A stretch of 64,000 nt of DNA from Nitrospirota bacterium (GTDB lineage: Bacteria; Nitrospirota; UBA9217), in assembly GCA_963840455.1 (NCBI GenBank), contig CAWIYV010000001.1, forward strand, positions 308,158-372,157, written 5' to 3'. The translations under genes were made by a program, and so were the position numbers. Under the pieces are notes generated by a model. That model was not told the origin of the DNA, did no database searches, and saw only the letters and a program-made list of their open reading frames with translations. Positions 52,335-63,510 of this stretch are shown piece after piece. The stretch's first letter is position 1. Every line of letters starts with the position of its first letter.

Positions 52335-53588
52335 TCACGATCCTGACAGCCTTGTTTTCAATTCTTCGATGATGTTCTCGAGTGAGACTGCGACCTGGTC
52401 CTTGGTGCCCATGTCCCTGAGCACCGCCGTCCGGGACTGCATCTCCTGATCGCCGATGATGAGCGTGAACGCCGCACCGTACTTGTCGGCCTTTTTCATC
52501 TGGCTCTTGAGGCTGGCGCCGCTGTAATCCGTTTCGACGCGGATGCCCTCGTTCCGGAGGGCATGGACTGCCGGCATGGTCAGGGCGACCGCCTCAGCGC
52601 CGAGCGCCGCGATGTACAGGGAGGGTCTGGGCGGCTTGAGCAAAGCCGTGTCCATGAGCGAGACGGCCCGTTCCACGCCAAGGGCAAAGCCGATCCCGGG
52701 AATGGCCGGGCCGCCGATCTCCTGGACAAGGCCGTCGTACCGCCCGCCGGCTGCCACGGTGTTCTGTGCCCCTGCGTGCTCCATGACCAGCTCAAAGGTC
52801 GTCCGGGTGTAATAATCCAGCCCCCGGACCAGCCGGGGATTCACCTGGAACGGGATCCCGATCTTCTTAAGGCCGCCCTCCACCGTCGCGAAGTGGTCCT
52901 TGCAGTTTCCGCAGAGATAGTCCAGCATGACCGGCGAATCGCTGAACTTGTCCGCGTCGACCTTGCAGTCAAGGACCCTGAGCGGATTGGTCTCGTACCG
53001 GCGCTGGCAGTCGCCGCACAGCGAAGGGAGCTTTCCCTTGAGATAGGCTTTCAGGGCATCCCGGTAAGCTCCTCGGCACTCGGCGTCGCCCAGGGAGTTC
53101 ACCTGGAGCGTCAGGCCGGTGATGCCCAGCCGGGCGAACAGCCGGTGGAGCATGACGAGAATATCGATGTCCACGTGGGGATGCGTGCCTCCCAGGGCCT
53201 CGACGCCGATCTGATAGAACTGCCGGTACCTCCCCTTCTGCGGGCGCTCATGCCGGAACATGGGCCCCAGGTAGTAGAGCTTCACCAACTGGCTGTCGGC
53301 ATACATCTTGTGCTCGATGAACGCCCGCACGACACCCGCGGTGCCCTCCGGCCGGAGCGTGATCTTCCTGCCGTCGCGGTCCTCGAAGGTGTACATCTCC
53401 TTCTCCACGATGTCCGTGGAGGCGCCGATGCTGCGCGCAAAGAGCTCGGTATACTCGAAGATTGGAACGCGGACCTCGGAGAATCCGTAGCTCTCGAAGA
53501 GCTTCCGCGCCGTGGACTCCAGATGCTGCCATGCCGGCATGTCCTCCGGCAGGATGTCCTTTACGCCTTTGATCGCTTGAATGCTCAA
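52335..53588 (-). CDS. hisS: Histidine--tRNA ligase
   Basis: LRPEGTA, FRHERPQKGRYRQF, RGLDYY, GGRYD. Confidence 0.97.
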   Translation of the reverse strand: MSIQAIKGVKDILPEDMPAWQHLESTARKLFESYGFSEVRVPIFEYTELFARSIGASTDIVEKEMYTFEDRDGRKITLRPEGTAGVVRAFIEHKMYADSQLVKLYYLGPMFRHERPQKGRYRQFYQIGVEALGGTHPHVDIDILVMLHRLFARLGITGLTLQVNSLGDAECRGAYRDALKAYLKGKLPSLCGDCQRRYETNPLRVLDCKVDADKFSDSPVMLDYLCGNCKDHFATVEGGLKKIGIPFQVNPRLVRGLDYYTRTTFELVMEHAGAQNTVAAGGRYDGLVQEIGGPAIPGIGFALGVERAVSLMDTALLKPPRPSLYIAALGAEAVALTMPAVHALRNEGIRVETDYSGASLKSQMKKADKYGAAFTLIIGDQEMQSRTAVLRDMGTKDQVAVSLENIIEELKTRLSGS

Positions 53589-53651
53589 CTGATGCTCCTT
53601 CTTTCCTTCTGAGGAACTTGCCTTCCTACCTTCTCGCTAACCTTCTGCTTT

Positions 53652-54473
53652 TCACGGCTTCCTGATCAGCTTCCATGGATGCTTTTTCACATCTTCGGTC
53701 ATTTCCTTCAGGTTGGCCGTGATCTCTTTCACGTTCTCCATGGTCGCGTCCACGTTCTTCCGGTTTTCGCCCACAAGCTTGTCGGTCTTCTCGGTGATCT
53801 CCTTGAGGTTCGCGAAGCTCGCGTCGACCTTCTTCAATAGCTCCGGCAGGTTCTTCAGCGTCTCAGCAACCTCGTCCTTGCTCTCGGTCATCACTTTGAC
53901 GTTCTCGGTGATCTCGTTCATATTCTGCACCGCGCCCTTGATGTTCTTCGCCAGCGCCGGGTCCCCGACGGTCCGTTCAACGTTCTGGACGATCTTCTCG
54001 ATGTTCTGCGCCACGCCCTTCAATTTGCCCACGACCTCCATGGCCATCCTGGTGAGGTCCTCCATCTTGAGGGATTCCTCGCCGTAGAGGACCGCGCCCG
54101 GCCTGAGCGGCTTTGCAGTCGGCGTTCCGCCGCTGATGTCGACGTATTTCTTGCCCACCAGCCCGAGTGTCTTGATGGAGACCTTGACGTCCTCCTTGAT
54201 CACCGCGTCCTCGAATACGTCGAGCGTAAGCTCGACCTTATTGCCGAGCTCGGGGACCACCCGCATGTCGCTGACCCTGCCGATGCGGATGCCGGAAATG
54301 CGGACGTTCGCGTGCTTTTCCAGGCCGTCGTTCGACAGGAAGAGGACCTTGTATTCCTTCCGCTTCTTGAACATGCCCTGGAGGTCGCTCACGGAGAAGA
54401 GCAGGACGACCATGATGATGAAGGATGTCAGGATGAACGCGCCAGCCCGGATCTCGTTCTTTCGATATTGCAT
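53652..54473 (-). CDS. mlaD: MCE/MlaD-family protein with long coiled coil
   Basis: N-terminal TM, GL..A.V.ISG..IG.V, GLVG.KYVDI..G; likely start MQYRKN. Confidence 0.85.
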   Translation of the reverse strand: MQYRKNEIRAGAFILTSFIIMVVLLFSVSDLQGMFKKRKEYKVLFLSNDGLEKHANVRISGIRIGRVSDMRVVPELGNKVELTLDVFEDAVIKEDVKVSIKTLGLVGKKYVDISGGTPTAKPLRPGAVLYGEESLKMEDLTRMAMEVVGKLKGVAQNIEKIVQNVERTVGDPALAKNIKGAVQNMNEITENVKVMTESKDEVAETLKNLPELLKKVDASFANLKEITEKTDKLVGENRKNVDATMENVKEITANLKEMTEDVKKHPWKLIRKP

Positions 54474-54582
54474 TCCTATGACCTCACGATCAAAAAGCGT
54501 ACCATCAGCTGCAGACGTACCGCGACATGCCATGAGAGCGGATGGCATGCCGCACCTTGCACATCAGCCCTCCGCAGTATCT

Positions 54583-55368
54583 TTATCCCACCAGCAGGTC
54601 TTCGCGAAAGTCCTTGCTCGAGGCCCGGAACGCTATGGGGCCGTCAGGACTGCCGGTAATGAACTGCTGCACCAGCGGGTCCAAGCTCTGCCGCATCTCC
54701 TGGGGCGTTCCTGATGCCAGGACCTTCCCCTGATAGAGGATCACGATCCGGTCGGCGGTCCTGAGCGCTTCTTCCACGGCGTGGGACACGACGATGCACG
54801 AGATCCCCATGAGGCGGTTCAGGTCCGCGATGAGCTTGGTGATCACGGACCTGCCGATAGGGTCCAGTCCCGACGTCGGCTCATCGAAGAAGATGATGGC
54901 CGGATCGAGCGCAAGCGCCCGCGCGAGAGCCACGCGCCGCTGCATGCCTCCCGAAAGCTGGGACGGCATGAGGTCCTCGAAGTCGCGGAGGCCGACCAGC
55001 TCCAGTTTCATCTTGATCATGATCCCGATGATGTTCTCATCAAGGGCAGTGTGCTCGCGCATCGGGAGCGCGATGTTCTCGGCAACGGTCAGGTGGTTGA
55101 TGAGCGCCCCCTGCTGGAAAAGCATCCCGATCTTTTTGCGGTACGGGTCCAGCTCCCGCTCCGGCAGTTTCGTGATGTCCTTTCCCTCGAACAGGACCTC
55201 GCCGGCATCGGGCCGCACAACGCCGATCATGATCTTAAGGAGCGTGCTCTTCCCGCCGCCGCTGGTGCCGAGGATATAGGTGATCTTCCGTTCCTCGGCC
55301 GAAAAGGACACGCCGTTCAGGACGGTCCGCTCTCCGTATTTCTTGACGATATTCTGGATGGTGAACAT
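54583..55368 (-). CDS. mlaF: MlaF-type ABC ATPase
   Basis: GTSGGGKS, GMLFQQGAL, LSGGMQRR, FDEPT. Confidence 0.88.
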   Translation of the reverse strand: MFTIQNIVKKYGERTVLNGVSFSAEERKITYILGTSGGGKSTLLKIMIGVVRPDAGEVLFEGKDITKLPERELDPYRKKIGMLFQQGALINHLTVAENIALPMREHTALDENIIGIMIKMKLELVGLRDFEDLMPSQLSGGMQRRVALARALALDPAIIFFDEPTSGLDPIGRSVITKLIADLNRLMGISCIVVSHAVEEALRTADRIVILYQGKVLASGTPQEMRQSLDPLVQQFITGSPDGPIAFRASSKDFREDLLVG

Positions 55369-55372
55369 GTCT

Positions 55373-56161
55373 CTATCCGTAGAACGCCGTCGTCAGGACC
55401 GTGTCCAGGACGACGATCGTGAGCGTGGACCACACGACCGTCACCATGGTCGCCTTGCCCACTTCCTCAGCGCTGCCTTCGACGATGAGACCGCGATAGC
55501 AGCCGATCATCACGATCGAGACGGCATAGACAAAGGCCTTCACGGCGCCCGACAGGACGTCCGTGGGAGTGAGGACATCGAGGATCCCCGTGAGGTAGAC
55601 GTTGGGGCCCATGCCGAAGCGGCTCACGCAAAAGAGCAGGCTTGCGAAGACCGCCGTAAAACTTCCGAGCACCGTCAGCGCAGGCAGCGCGATGACCATC
55701 CCCAGGAACCGTTGCACCACCAGGAACCGCACGGGGCTGATCGCCATGACCTCGAGGGCAAGGACCTCCTCGGTTACCTTCATGGTCCCGATACGCGCTG
55801 TGAACGCGGCCCCCATACGGCCGGCAACGATGATCCCCGTGATCAGCGGCGCCAGGAAACGGTACACGGCCACGACGACGACGCCGGGGATGGCGGTCAA
55901 GAGACCGAGATCATCGAGGTTGAAGGCGATCACCACGGTCAGGCCGATGCCGAGGAGCGACGAGACCAGCAGGACCAAGAGGATCGAGAAGGAGCCTATC
56001 TCGTCAACGGAGGCGAGGATACGCGCCTGCTTCCGTCTCTTCCGGTCCTTCACGAGGAGGGCCGTCTGGACGAGGGTCTCCTTGAGCAGGTGGAAGATGC
56101 TCGTGAGGTCCTGCAGGAAGGTGATGAACATCCTGCCGACATAGCCGAACAGATTCCTCAT
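55373..56161 (-). CDS. mlaE: MlaE-family ABC permease
   Basis: AGRMGAAFTARIGTMKVTEE..ALE.M...P..FLV; VGKAT. Confidence 0.9.
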   Translation of the reverse strand: MRNLFGYVGRMFITFLQDLTSIFHLLKETLVQTALLVKDRKRRKQARILASVDEIGSFSILLVLLVSSLLGIGLTVVIAFNLDDLGLLTAIPGVVVVAVYRFLAPLITGIIVAGRMGAAFTARIGTMKVTEEVLALEVMAISPVRFLVVQRFLGMVIALPALTVLGSFTAVFASLLFCVSRFGMGPNVYLTGILDVLTPTDVLSGAVKAFVYAVSIVMIGCYRGLIVEGSAEEVGKATMVTVVWSTLTIVVLDTVLTTAFYG

Positions 56162-56286
56162 GTACTACCTCGCTCGCCGCAAGCAGGTCCAGGCCATCGA
56201 GGGAGCAAACGGCGGGGTTTCAGGCTTGACGACTGGATGATCCGTGGTCCAACGATCCTCACTTGCCGCTCCGCACCCTGCATGTC

Positions 56287-56628
56287 CTAGAGCCCCGCTG
56301 TCGCCTCGTTCACGCTGGGAAAGATCTCGAATATGCTGGAAAGCCGGGCCAGTTCGAATACGTCCCGCACCGAGGGGCTCAGTTCCACGAGCCGGAGCTT
56401 CATGCCCTTCTTCATGCAGTTCTGCATGGCCTCCACGAGCGTCGCGATGCCGGAGCTGTCCATGTACCGGACACCTGACAGGTTGATCACCAGGGCCTTC
56501 GACCCTGCCTGCTTGAACACCTCACCCAGGCCGTTCCGCACGTCCGGCGACGTGTTCATGTCCACATCGCCTTTCAGGCGCATCAGATGGCCGGCGCCGA
56601 TCTTTTCCATGGTGATCTCAACGTTCAT
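56287..56628 (-). CDS. STAS anti-anti-sigma factor (RsbV/SpoIIAA-like)
   Basis: L.GDVD, V.YMDSSG phosphoacceptor motif. Confidence 0.9.
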   Translation of the reverse strand: MNVEITMEKIGAGHLMRLKGDVDMNTSPDVRNGLGEVFKQAGSKALVINLSGVRYMDSSGIATLVEAMQNCMKKGMKLRLVELSPSVRDVFELARLSSIFEIFPSVNEATAGL

Positions 56629-57065
56629 GTCTTCACCTGCTGTTTCTTCTTTTCGAGGGTCAGGAGCGTTCCCTGCTCCTGGTCCGTGTCGTAGCTCACC
56701 GACTCAAAGGCCAGGTTGATGAAATGCGTGCCCAGTCCGCCCGTCCGGATGTCCTTCAGATCGCGGGGGGCGATCTTCGCCCGCTCCACCTTCCTGCCGT
56801 AGTCCCGGAGCCGGACCACGAAGCGTTCGGCGTCGTCCTCGACGGACAGGGTGATGGTCTTCGTAGGGTCCCCGGAGTAGGCGTGCCGGATGATGTTCGA
56901 ACAGGCCTCATCAACGGCGAGCACGACCTTCCGCGCTTCCTTCTTTGGAAAGCCCGCTTCGAGGACAAGCGGATACAGCGCGCTCCGCACCACGTACAGA
57001 TACTTCGGATGGCTCGGTACGGTGAGCGTCACGGTCCCGCCAAGCTGTGGTTTGTTGTCGGTCAT
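56625..57065 (-). CDS. RsbW/SpoIIAB-like anti-sigma serine kinase
   Basis: LAVDEACSNIIRHAY, D.G, GGLG. Confidence 0.9.
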   Translation of the reverse strand: MTDNKPQLGGTVTLTVPSHPKYLYVVRSALYPLVLEAGFPKKEARKVVLAVDEACSNIIRHAYSGDPTKTITLSVEDDAERFVVRLRDYGRKVERAKIAPRDLKDIRTGGLGTHFINLAFESVSYDTDQEQGTLLTLEKKKQQVKT

Positions 57066-57088
57066 CTGTTGCCTGTCACCGCCCCCGG

Positions 57089-58372
57089 CTACCTCACCGC
57101 GCCGAAGCAGACCAGCGTCATGTCGTCATGCTGGGGGCTCAGCCCGGTATACCGGTTCACGTCGCCGATGATCGCGTCCTTGAGCGACTCAGGATGGGCT
57201 GCGCTCTGCCTCAGCACGACCTCGAACCGGTCATACCCGTACAGCTTCTCTTTGGCGTTCATGGCCTCGATGATGCCGTCGGTGTAAAGGATGACCGTGT
57301 CGCCCCGTTCGAGCTTCGCCGTCTCCTGGCCGTACTGCATGTGCGGCATCATCCCCAGCGGAGCGCCGCCCGCCGCGCCGAGCCTCACCAGGGACCCGTC
57401 GGTCCTCTTGACGATCGGCGGCAAGTGACCGGCGTTGGACATCGTCAAGATGCCGGTTGAGGCATCGAGCTCGATGTAGAGCAGCGTGGCAAACATCCCG
57501 CGCCTGCTGCGCTCCGCCAGAAGGTCGTTCAGCTTCATCAGCGCCGCTGACGGCGAACTCTCGGTAAAGGCCAACGTTCGCATGTCGCTTCCCAGCTTCG
57601 CCATGTAGAGCGCCGCGGGAACGCCCTTGCCCGAGACATCGCCGATAACAATGCCCGTGCGGTACTTGTCCAGGTGGATGAAGTCGTAGAAGTCGCCACC
57701 GACCTCCAGGGCGGGTGTGTAATGGGCGCTAAAGCGGTAGTTCCGCACCTCCGGCGCCTTCTGCGGCAGGAAGCTCTCCTGCACCGTGCGGGCGAACTCC
57801 ATGTCCTTCACCAGGCGCTGTTTCTCCATGAGGCTCTGGTGCATCCGGGCGTTCTCGAGTGCGATGGCGGCCATGCTGGAGAGGGCCAGGAACAGCTCCA
57901 GGTCGTCCTGGTCAAAGGGCTTCCCGTCGAGACGGTTGATGACCTGCGCAACACCGGTGATCCGGTTGCCCACCTTGAGCGGGACCGTGATCATGGATTT
58001 GGTCCGGTAGCCGGTCGCCTCATCATTGCCGCGAAAGAATTTGGGATGGGTATAGGCGTCCTCCAGGAGCAGGGCCGTCCCCTCCTGCGCGACGGTACCG
58101 GCGATGCCCTGGCCCATCTTGAGCCTCACTTCCTTCTTGAGCTTCTCACCCACCGCGCCCTGTGCAACCTGATAGATCAGTTCATTGGTCTTCTCGTCGA
58201 CGCGCATGAGGCTCGAGGCGTCGGCATTCATCACCTTCTTCGAGATTGTCATGACGTTCTCGAGGATCGTGTCGATCTCGAGCGACGAACTGATGAGCGA
58301 GTTCACCTCGATAAGCGTGGAAAGGCGCTTGACCTTCTGGGTCAACCGTGCGATTTCGTTGTGGTTTTCCAT
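57089..58372 (-). CDS. GAF + PP2C (RsbU/SpoIIE) phosphatase
   Basis: GAF (DEATGYRTKSM..VPL), VGGDFYD, DVSGKG, NAGH, YTDG, DDMT. Confidence 0.92.
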   Translation of the reverse strand: MENHNEIARLTQKVKRLSTLIEVNSLISSSLEIDTILENVMTISKKVMNADASSLMRVDEKTNELIYQVAQGAVGEKLKKEVRLKMGQGIAGTVAQEGTALLLEDAYTHPKFFRGNDEATGYRTKSMITVPLKVGNRITGVAQVINRLDGKPFDQDDLELFLALSSMAAIALENARMHQSLMEKQRLVKDMEFARTVQESFLPQKAPEVRNYRFSAHYTPALEVGGDFYDFIHLDKYRTGIVIGDVSGKGVPAALYMAKLGSDMRTLAFTESSPSAALMKLNDLLAERSRRGMFATLLYIELDASTGILTMSNAGHLPPIVKRTDGSLVRLGAAGGAPLGMMPHMQYGQETAKLERGDTVILYTDGIIEAMNAKEKLYGYDRFEVVLRQSAAHPESLKDAIIGDVNRYTGLSPQHDDMTLVCFGAVR

Positions 58373-58426
58373 GGGGTAAAAATATCACAACCAAAGGATG
58401 ATGGCAACGGGAAAATCGGTCAGACA

Positions 58427-58555
58427 GCAGTCGCAAAGCAGTCGTTAAGCAGTCATAAAGCAGTCATGCGGCAGTCATGGATCTGCCGTAAATCCGTCCC
58501 CAGTCGTCCTTCGACTGATTCCCGACTGCCCCTCGACTGCATCTCGACTGCCTTC
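58427..58555. repeat. 11-bp-period GCAGTC array followed by an inverted GACTG array
   Basis: Five GCAGTCnnnnn units from 58427, then four CGACTGnnnnn units from about 58512. Confidence 0.8.
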
Positions 58556-58561
58556 TCCTGA

Positions 58562-59806
58562 CTACTGGCCCCTGGCTCCTGTTTTCAGTTCTCTGATGCG
58601 CTCCACCACCGGCGGATGGGAATAGTAGAAAGCCGCATAGAGCGGATGGGGATGGAGGTTGGACAGGTTCTCCTTCGACAATTTGACCAGCGCCGATGCC
58701 ATGGCGCCGGGATCGCCGGTGAGCTCACGGGCGAATTGGTCGGACTCGCGTTCGTCCCTGCGGGAGAGGTAGCTGAAGAGCGGCGTCAGCGGGAACGTCA
58801 CGATCGAGGCGAGAAAACCGAGGATCACGACCTTGGCAAAGAACGAGGCGTTTCCCAGGCGAAGGAGGTCCGAGAGCCAGTTCCCCTGCAGGAGCCGGTA
58901 GCCGGCCACGATCCCGATGAGCGCCATGATCTCGGTCATGATGATCCGTTTCAGCACGTGCTTTTTCTTCCAGTGGCCCACCTCGTGCGCAAGCACCGCC
59001 AGGACCTCATCCTGCGTCATCTGCTGGAGCAGCGTATCGAACAGCACGATCCGCTTCACCTTGCCGATGCCGGTAAAGTAGGCGTTCGAGTGGCGGCTCC
59101 GGCGCGATGCGTCAACCTGGAACACCCGGCTGACCTTAAGACCCGCCTTTTCCATGAGCGCCCGTATACGGGCCTCGAGCCCCTCGACCTTGACCGGTTC
59201 GAACTTGAAGAACAGCGGCTCGATCACATACGGCGAAATGTACATCATGAAGACGCCGAAGGCCAGGAAGAACAGCCAGACCCAGAGCCACCACCAGCCG
59301 GGACTGGCCTGGACCAGCCAGAGTGCGGCAAGCACAACGACCGAGCTGATCACCGCCCCGATCGCGAGCCCCTTCATCAGGTCGGTGATCCACAGCTTCA
59401 GGGTCATGGTGTTGAAGCCGTACTTGTTCTCGATGCGGAAGTTCCGGTACAGGCTGAACGGAACGCCCATGACCGTCTGGACAAGCATGAGGATCAGGAC
59501 GAACAGGACGCCGTTCGCCAGGAAGGACCCCGAGAGGGAGGACACCCACCGGTCATAGGCGCCCAATACGCCTAAAAAGAGAAAGGCAAGGAGGACCAGG
59601 TTGTCGACGACCGACTCAAGAAGTCCAAAGCGGCTGTTCTCGACCGTATAGTCGGATATCTTTCCGAGCATGGCAGGGTCCACGACGCCTTCGAACTCCG
59701 GCGGCACCGTGCGGCCATGTTCCCGAAGATAGGACAGGTTGAGGTATTTGAGCGTGTAGCCGACACCGACAACGGCAAGATAGGCGAGGAAGACCAGAAG
59801 TGTCAT
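58562..59806 (-). CDS. M48/Ste24-family zinc metallopeptidase
   Basis: NAYFTG.G..KRIVLFDTL, HEVGH, YSHPP; likely start MTLLVF. Confidence 0.92.
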   Translation of the reverse strand: MTLLVFLAYLAVVGVGYTLKYLNLSYLREHGRTVPPEFEGVVDPAMLGKISDYTVENSRFGLLESVVDNLVLLAFLFLGVLGAYDRWVSSLSGSFLANGVLFVLILMLVQTVMGVPFSLYRNFRIENKYGFNTMTLKLWITDLMKGLAIGAVISSVVVLAALWLVQASPGWWWLWVWLFFLAFGVFMMYISPYVIEPLFFKFEPVKVEGLEARIRALMEKAGLKVSRVFQVDASRRSRHSNAYFTGIGKVKRIVLFDTLLQQMTQDEVLAVLAHEVGHWKKKHVLKRIIMTEIMALIGIVAGYRLLQGNWLSDLLRLGNASFFAKVVILGFLASIVTFPLTPLFSYLSRRDERESDQFARELTGDPGAMASALVKLSKENLSNLHPHPLYAAFYYSHPPVVERIRELKTGARGQ

Positions 59807-61010
59807 GCGGCCATCATACCCGCATTCCGCACAACGGTCAAGGAGGAGACTGCTCGACATGGCTGCATCCTGATCAGCCGGAAGATGTTGTCGACCAGCT
59901 TCGGATTGAACGCTTTCCCTGCCCCGCCTTTCAGGACCGACTCGATCTGGCTCATGGGCCGAGGCTCCTGATAGGACCGTCTGCTCCGCATGGCGTCGAA
60001 CACGTCGGCAATGGAGATCATCTGGCTCGCGATGTTCGGCGTCCACCCCCCTTGATGGACGGGTAACCGCTGCCGTCATATTTCAGGTGGTGCTCCAGCG
60101 AGGCAAGCACGGCGAGCTTCGGGATCCCCTCCGTGCCCATCAGGTACCGCGCCCCCTTCGTGGTGTGGGTCTCGATGATCATGCGTTCGTCCTGGCTTAG
60201 CTTTCCCCGTTTATTCAGGATCTCCTCGGGAACAAAGATCTTGCCGATGTCGTGGAGGAACGACGCGACGCCGATAGCGTGCAGGTGTTCGCCGGTGAAG
60301 CCCACGGACTCCGCCTGCGCCATGGTAAGGATGCCGACGTTCACCACGTGGGTGAAGGTGTACTCATGAGAGGACTTGAGCGAGGCGAGCATGCTCAGAG
60401 GGTTCACCTCCTCGCGGAACCCCCTGATGAACCGCTTGACCATGCCGTCCACGCTCTTGACGTCGATCTGCTTGTGCTTCTTGATACGCAGGTAGACGTC
60501 CTTGAGCTCGTCAAGCTCCGCCGTCGTGAGCTTGACCAGTTCTTCGATCACCCCAGGCGGCGCGTCCTCCCCGATCCAGCCGTGCGCCCCGCCTGTCCCG
60601 GCCTGCTTGACGCGGAGCTCCACTTTGCCCAGTTTGATGAAGCCCCTTGACTTGATGGACGCAGCGTCGGGCATGGCGAGGTCGCTGATGAATCCCTGCA
60701 GCTCCGTCCGCGGCAGGCCTGCGACGAAGGTCACCCGCTCGATGGAATTCCTGCGCAGGATGCGGATAAAGTTCGATACATAGCCGCTGTCCAGGGGAAG
60801 CGGCCGGCCCTCTGCCACTAGGTCGTCACCGACCAGCATGACCGTCACATCCGGTCTGGCCTGGAGCAGCCCCGCCAGCAGATTGTGCGTCTTTTCGACA
60901 TACTGGCCGACCCGGGGGTGGTTGGCAGAATAGAGGCCGATGTTCGTCACCGCTGCATTCAGCTGCGCGACAACCTTTGCTATCTCACCCTGGATATCGA
61001 GCTCAGGCAT
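59803..61010 (-). CDS. HD-GYP domain phosphodiesterase, frameshift near 60050
   Basis: HDIGK, HHLKYDGSGYP; C-terminal IADVFDAMRS.R.Y lies in the next frame after a G homopolymer. Confidence 0.85.
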
Positions 61011-61083
61011 AGGCGTTCCTTCTTATGTCCCGGACAGGCGGACATCGATCATGCGGTTCCAGGTCCCTGCGGACGCCGGCAGG

Positions 61084-63460
61084 TCATCCTCTCTCCGCGA
61101 GCTTTCTGCAAAGCTGCCTGATCTTCTCGTCGTCCGACTCCGCGCCGATACGGAGAAGTTCGGCAATGCTCTCCTGCGGATACCGGCCCAGCGACTTATA
61201 GAGCGTAACCTTCATGCGGCCATGGCTCTTCGGATAGAGCGACCAATTCGCTTTCGCCATCTTCACCAGCTCAGGAATGGCCCGTCGATCGCCGATCTCG
61301 CCCAGTGAACGGATGAGTTCATCGTTGACGGCATAATCGGTCTCAAAAAGGATCGTCTTCTTGAACAGCCCCAGGATGTCATCGATCACCTCTGCGACGC
61401 GGAACTGGCCGGCAAGGAACACGGCGGCTGACGACACGTCGGGGTCCTTTGAACTGATCTCCTGCCGCAGGATACCGATTGCTTCGGGATCCTTGAGCCG
61501 CAGCAGGACCGCCAGCGCTTCGAGCCTCACCTTGGGATCTGCATGTCTGACGAGCGGCTTGACCGCCGGAATCACGGCGGGCGTACCCGCACGGCGGATC
61601 AGCATCAGCAGGTTCCGCACATAGAACGAACGAGGGTCCCCGAGCTGCTTCACGGCCTCGTTGACCGTATCCTTGCCGAAGGTACAGAGCAGGTCGAACA
61701 GGACCCTCCGGCCGCCCGGCGCTGTGTCAAAGGAGTAGATTTCCAGCAGTCCGGGGACCAGGATCGGTCCGAGCGCGAGCATGAAGGATTGGGCATCCTT
61801 CCCCCGCGTCTTTGACCACGAGTCGAACGCTTCGATCGATTTGTCGATGAACTCGGGCGCCCAGAAAATCTTCAAGGCCTCGGCCGCGGCGGCGCGGATG
61901 CCCTCGCTCTTCTTGTCTGACAGATGCCACCGCAGGGTCTGGAGCGTGTCCAGGAGCAGCGGGAAATGGCCGCTGGCCAGCATGTCCGGAACGATGGCAA
62001 CGAGCTTCTTCGAGAACTCACGGTAGTCCTCCTCGTCGATGTTCTCCTCCATGAACGCGAGCACGGCACGGCCTATCTGGAGATCGAGCTGCTGGTCATC
62101 CAGGCTCGCGAGATACTCATCGAGGGGAAAGCGGTCCCCGGCCGTCGCGGCCATAGCCTCGGCCCGCTCAGAAATGTTCTTCAGGATATCGTCGTATTCC
62201 TTCTCGACGTAGGTCTCGTATTGCTCCCGGTCGAACAACTTCGCCATGTGCTCGGGAAGGATCTCGGGCCCCGCCCCGTCCTTCCCTTTCGCGCCAGTCC
62301 CGCGCCCCGTTCCGGACGTCGTGTCTGCGACGTTCCCGCCGGCCACCGTTTTCCGCTGTTCCCGCGCCCGACGCACCCTTTGCTGCTAGGGTCCCGCCGC
62401 CCGGCTGGGTGGATGCTGACCGGTCCCGGACGTTTGCCAGCTTTCCCAGGAGGCCGGTCAGGGTGGGAGAGATCTCCCTGCCCTCGGTGCTCGCCTGCCG
62501 GAGCATGTCGATGATCATGTCGTCTCCGAGCCCGCCCAGGACCTCCTCTGAGCCCGGGCTGGACGCGTTCTCCGACACGTTCTTGAACGCCGTGGACAGG
62601 AACTGCTTGCGGATGTCGGGATGAAGGTCCTTCAGCAGCTTGTTCAGATTGGCGATGGTCTCGGACTGTTCCTTGGTCAGCTGCTTACTCTCCGCCGACG
62701 TGCGGACATAGCTCGAGATGATCCGATCGTAGCTCTGGACCGCGGCTCCGGCGTCGAGCTTGCGCTCGTTCAGAAGCTTGGCGAGCTCGACCGGGTCGAT
62801 CTGGGCGGAGTCCTTGAGCGAAACGCCCTCGCCGCCCGTCGCCAGCGTGCCCGTGGAGAGGAGCGACACGAAATCCTGCCACACTCCCGCGCCCGGCTTT
62901 TCGCCCGCCTTCGGCTGCGCCTTGAAGATCTCCTTCTCTTCGGTGAGATGGAAGCTCGCGTAGTCGATGGCCATCACCCGGACGTGCGGGATCCCGGCGT
63001 TCTCGACAACCTTCGCGATGCCGCCGAGCGCCTCGATCTCTTCCTGTTTCGCGGTGATGATACGGTGGAAGCGTTCCAGCTCCGCGCGGTCAAGGCCTCG
63101 GATGAAGGTCACCGCGGCGATGCCCTGCTGGTTCAGGGACAGGGCGAAGTCCCGGTACACCGGGTTCCGCTGATCGAGATAGTTCTGCCCGACGAAAAGC
63201 GTATCCTTCGCAATGCCGAGGGTCATCTCCTGGCGTATCTCGAACATTTTCATCAGCACCTCGAAGGCGCGGTCGATGCTCTTGGTGATCTGGAGGTGGC
63301 CGGGTGGATAGATGCTGACGTTCTTCCGGGAAATGTTCAGTTCAATGACCGCGTCGGACAGCAGGCGGGTATCGATCGTCACCTCCCGCTCCGGGGCCTG
63401 GGGCTTGGGGGGATGCTGCCGGGGTGGCGCGGGCTGCTGCTTATCCGTCTCTTCCGCCAT
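61084..63460 (-). CDS. HEAT-repeat protein, frameshift near 62350
   Basis: IYPPGH N-terminal domain; D.R.FYVRN and HADPKVRLEA HEAT repeats in the second frame. Confidence 0.75.
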
Positions 63461-63510
63461 GAAAACAATATATCCTGTTTACCACATCATTTCATCAGAA
63501 ACTTTCTTGC

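Noticed and set aside
58427-58555. CRISPR array
   Set aside because: Period is only 11 bp, there are no unique spacers and no cas genes; the other repeats also fail CRISPR geometry.
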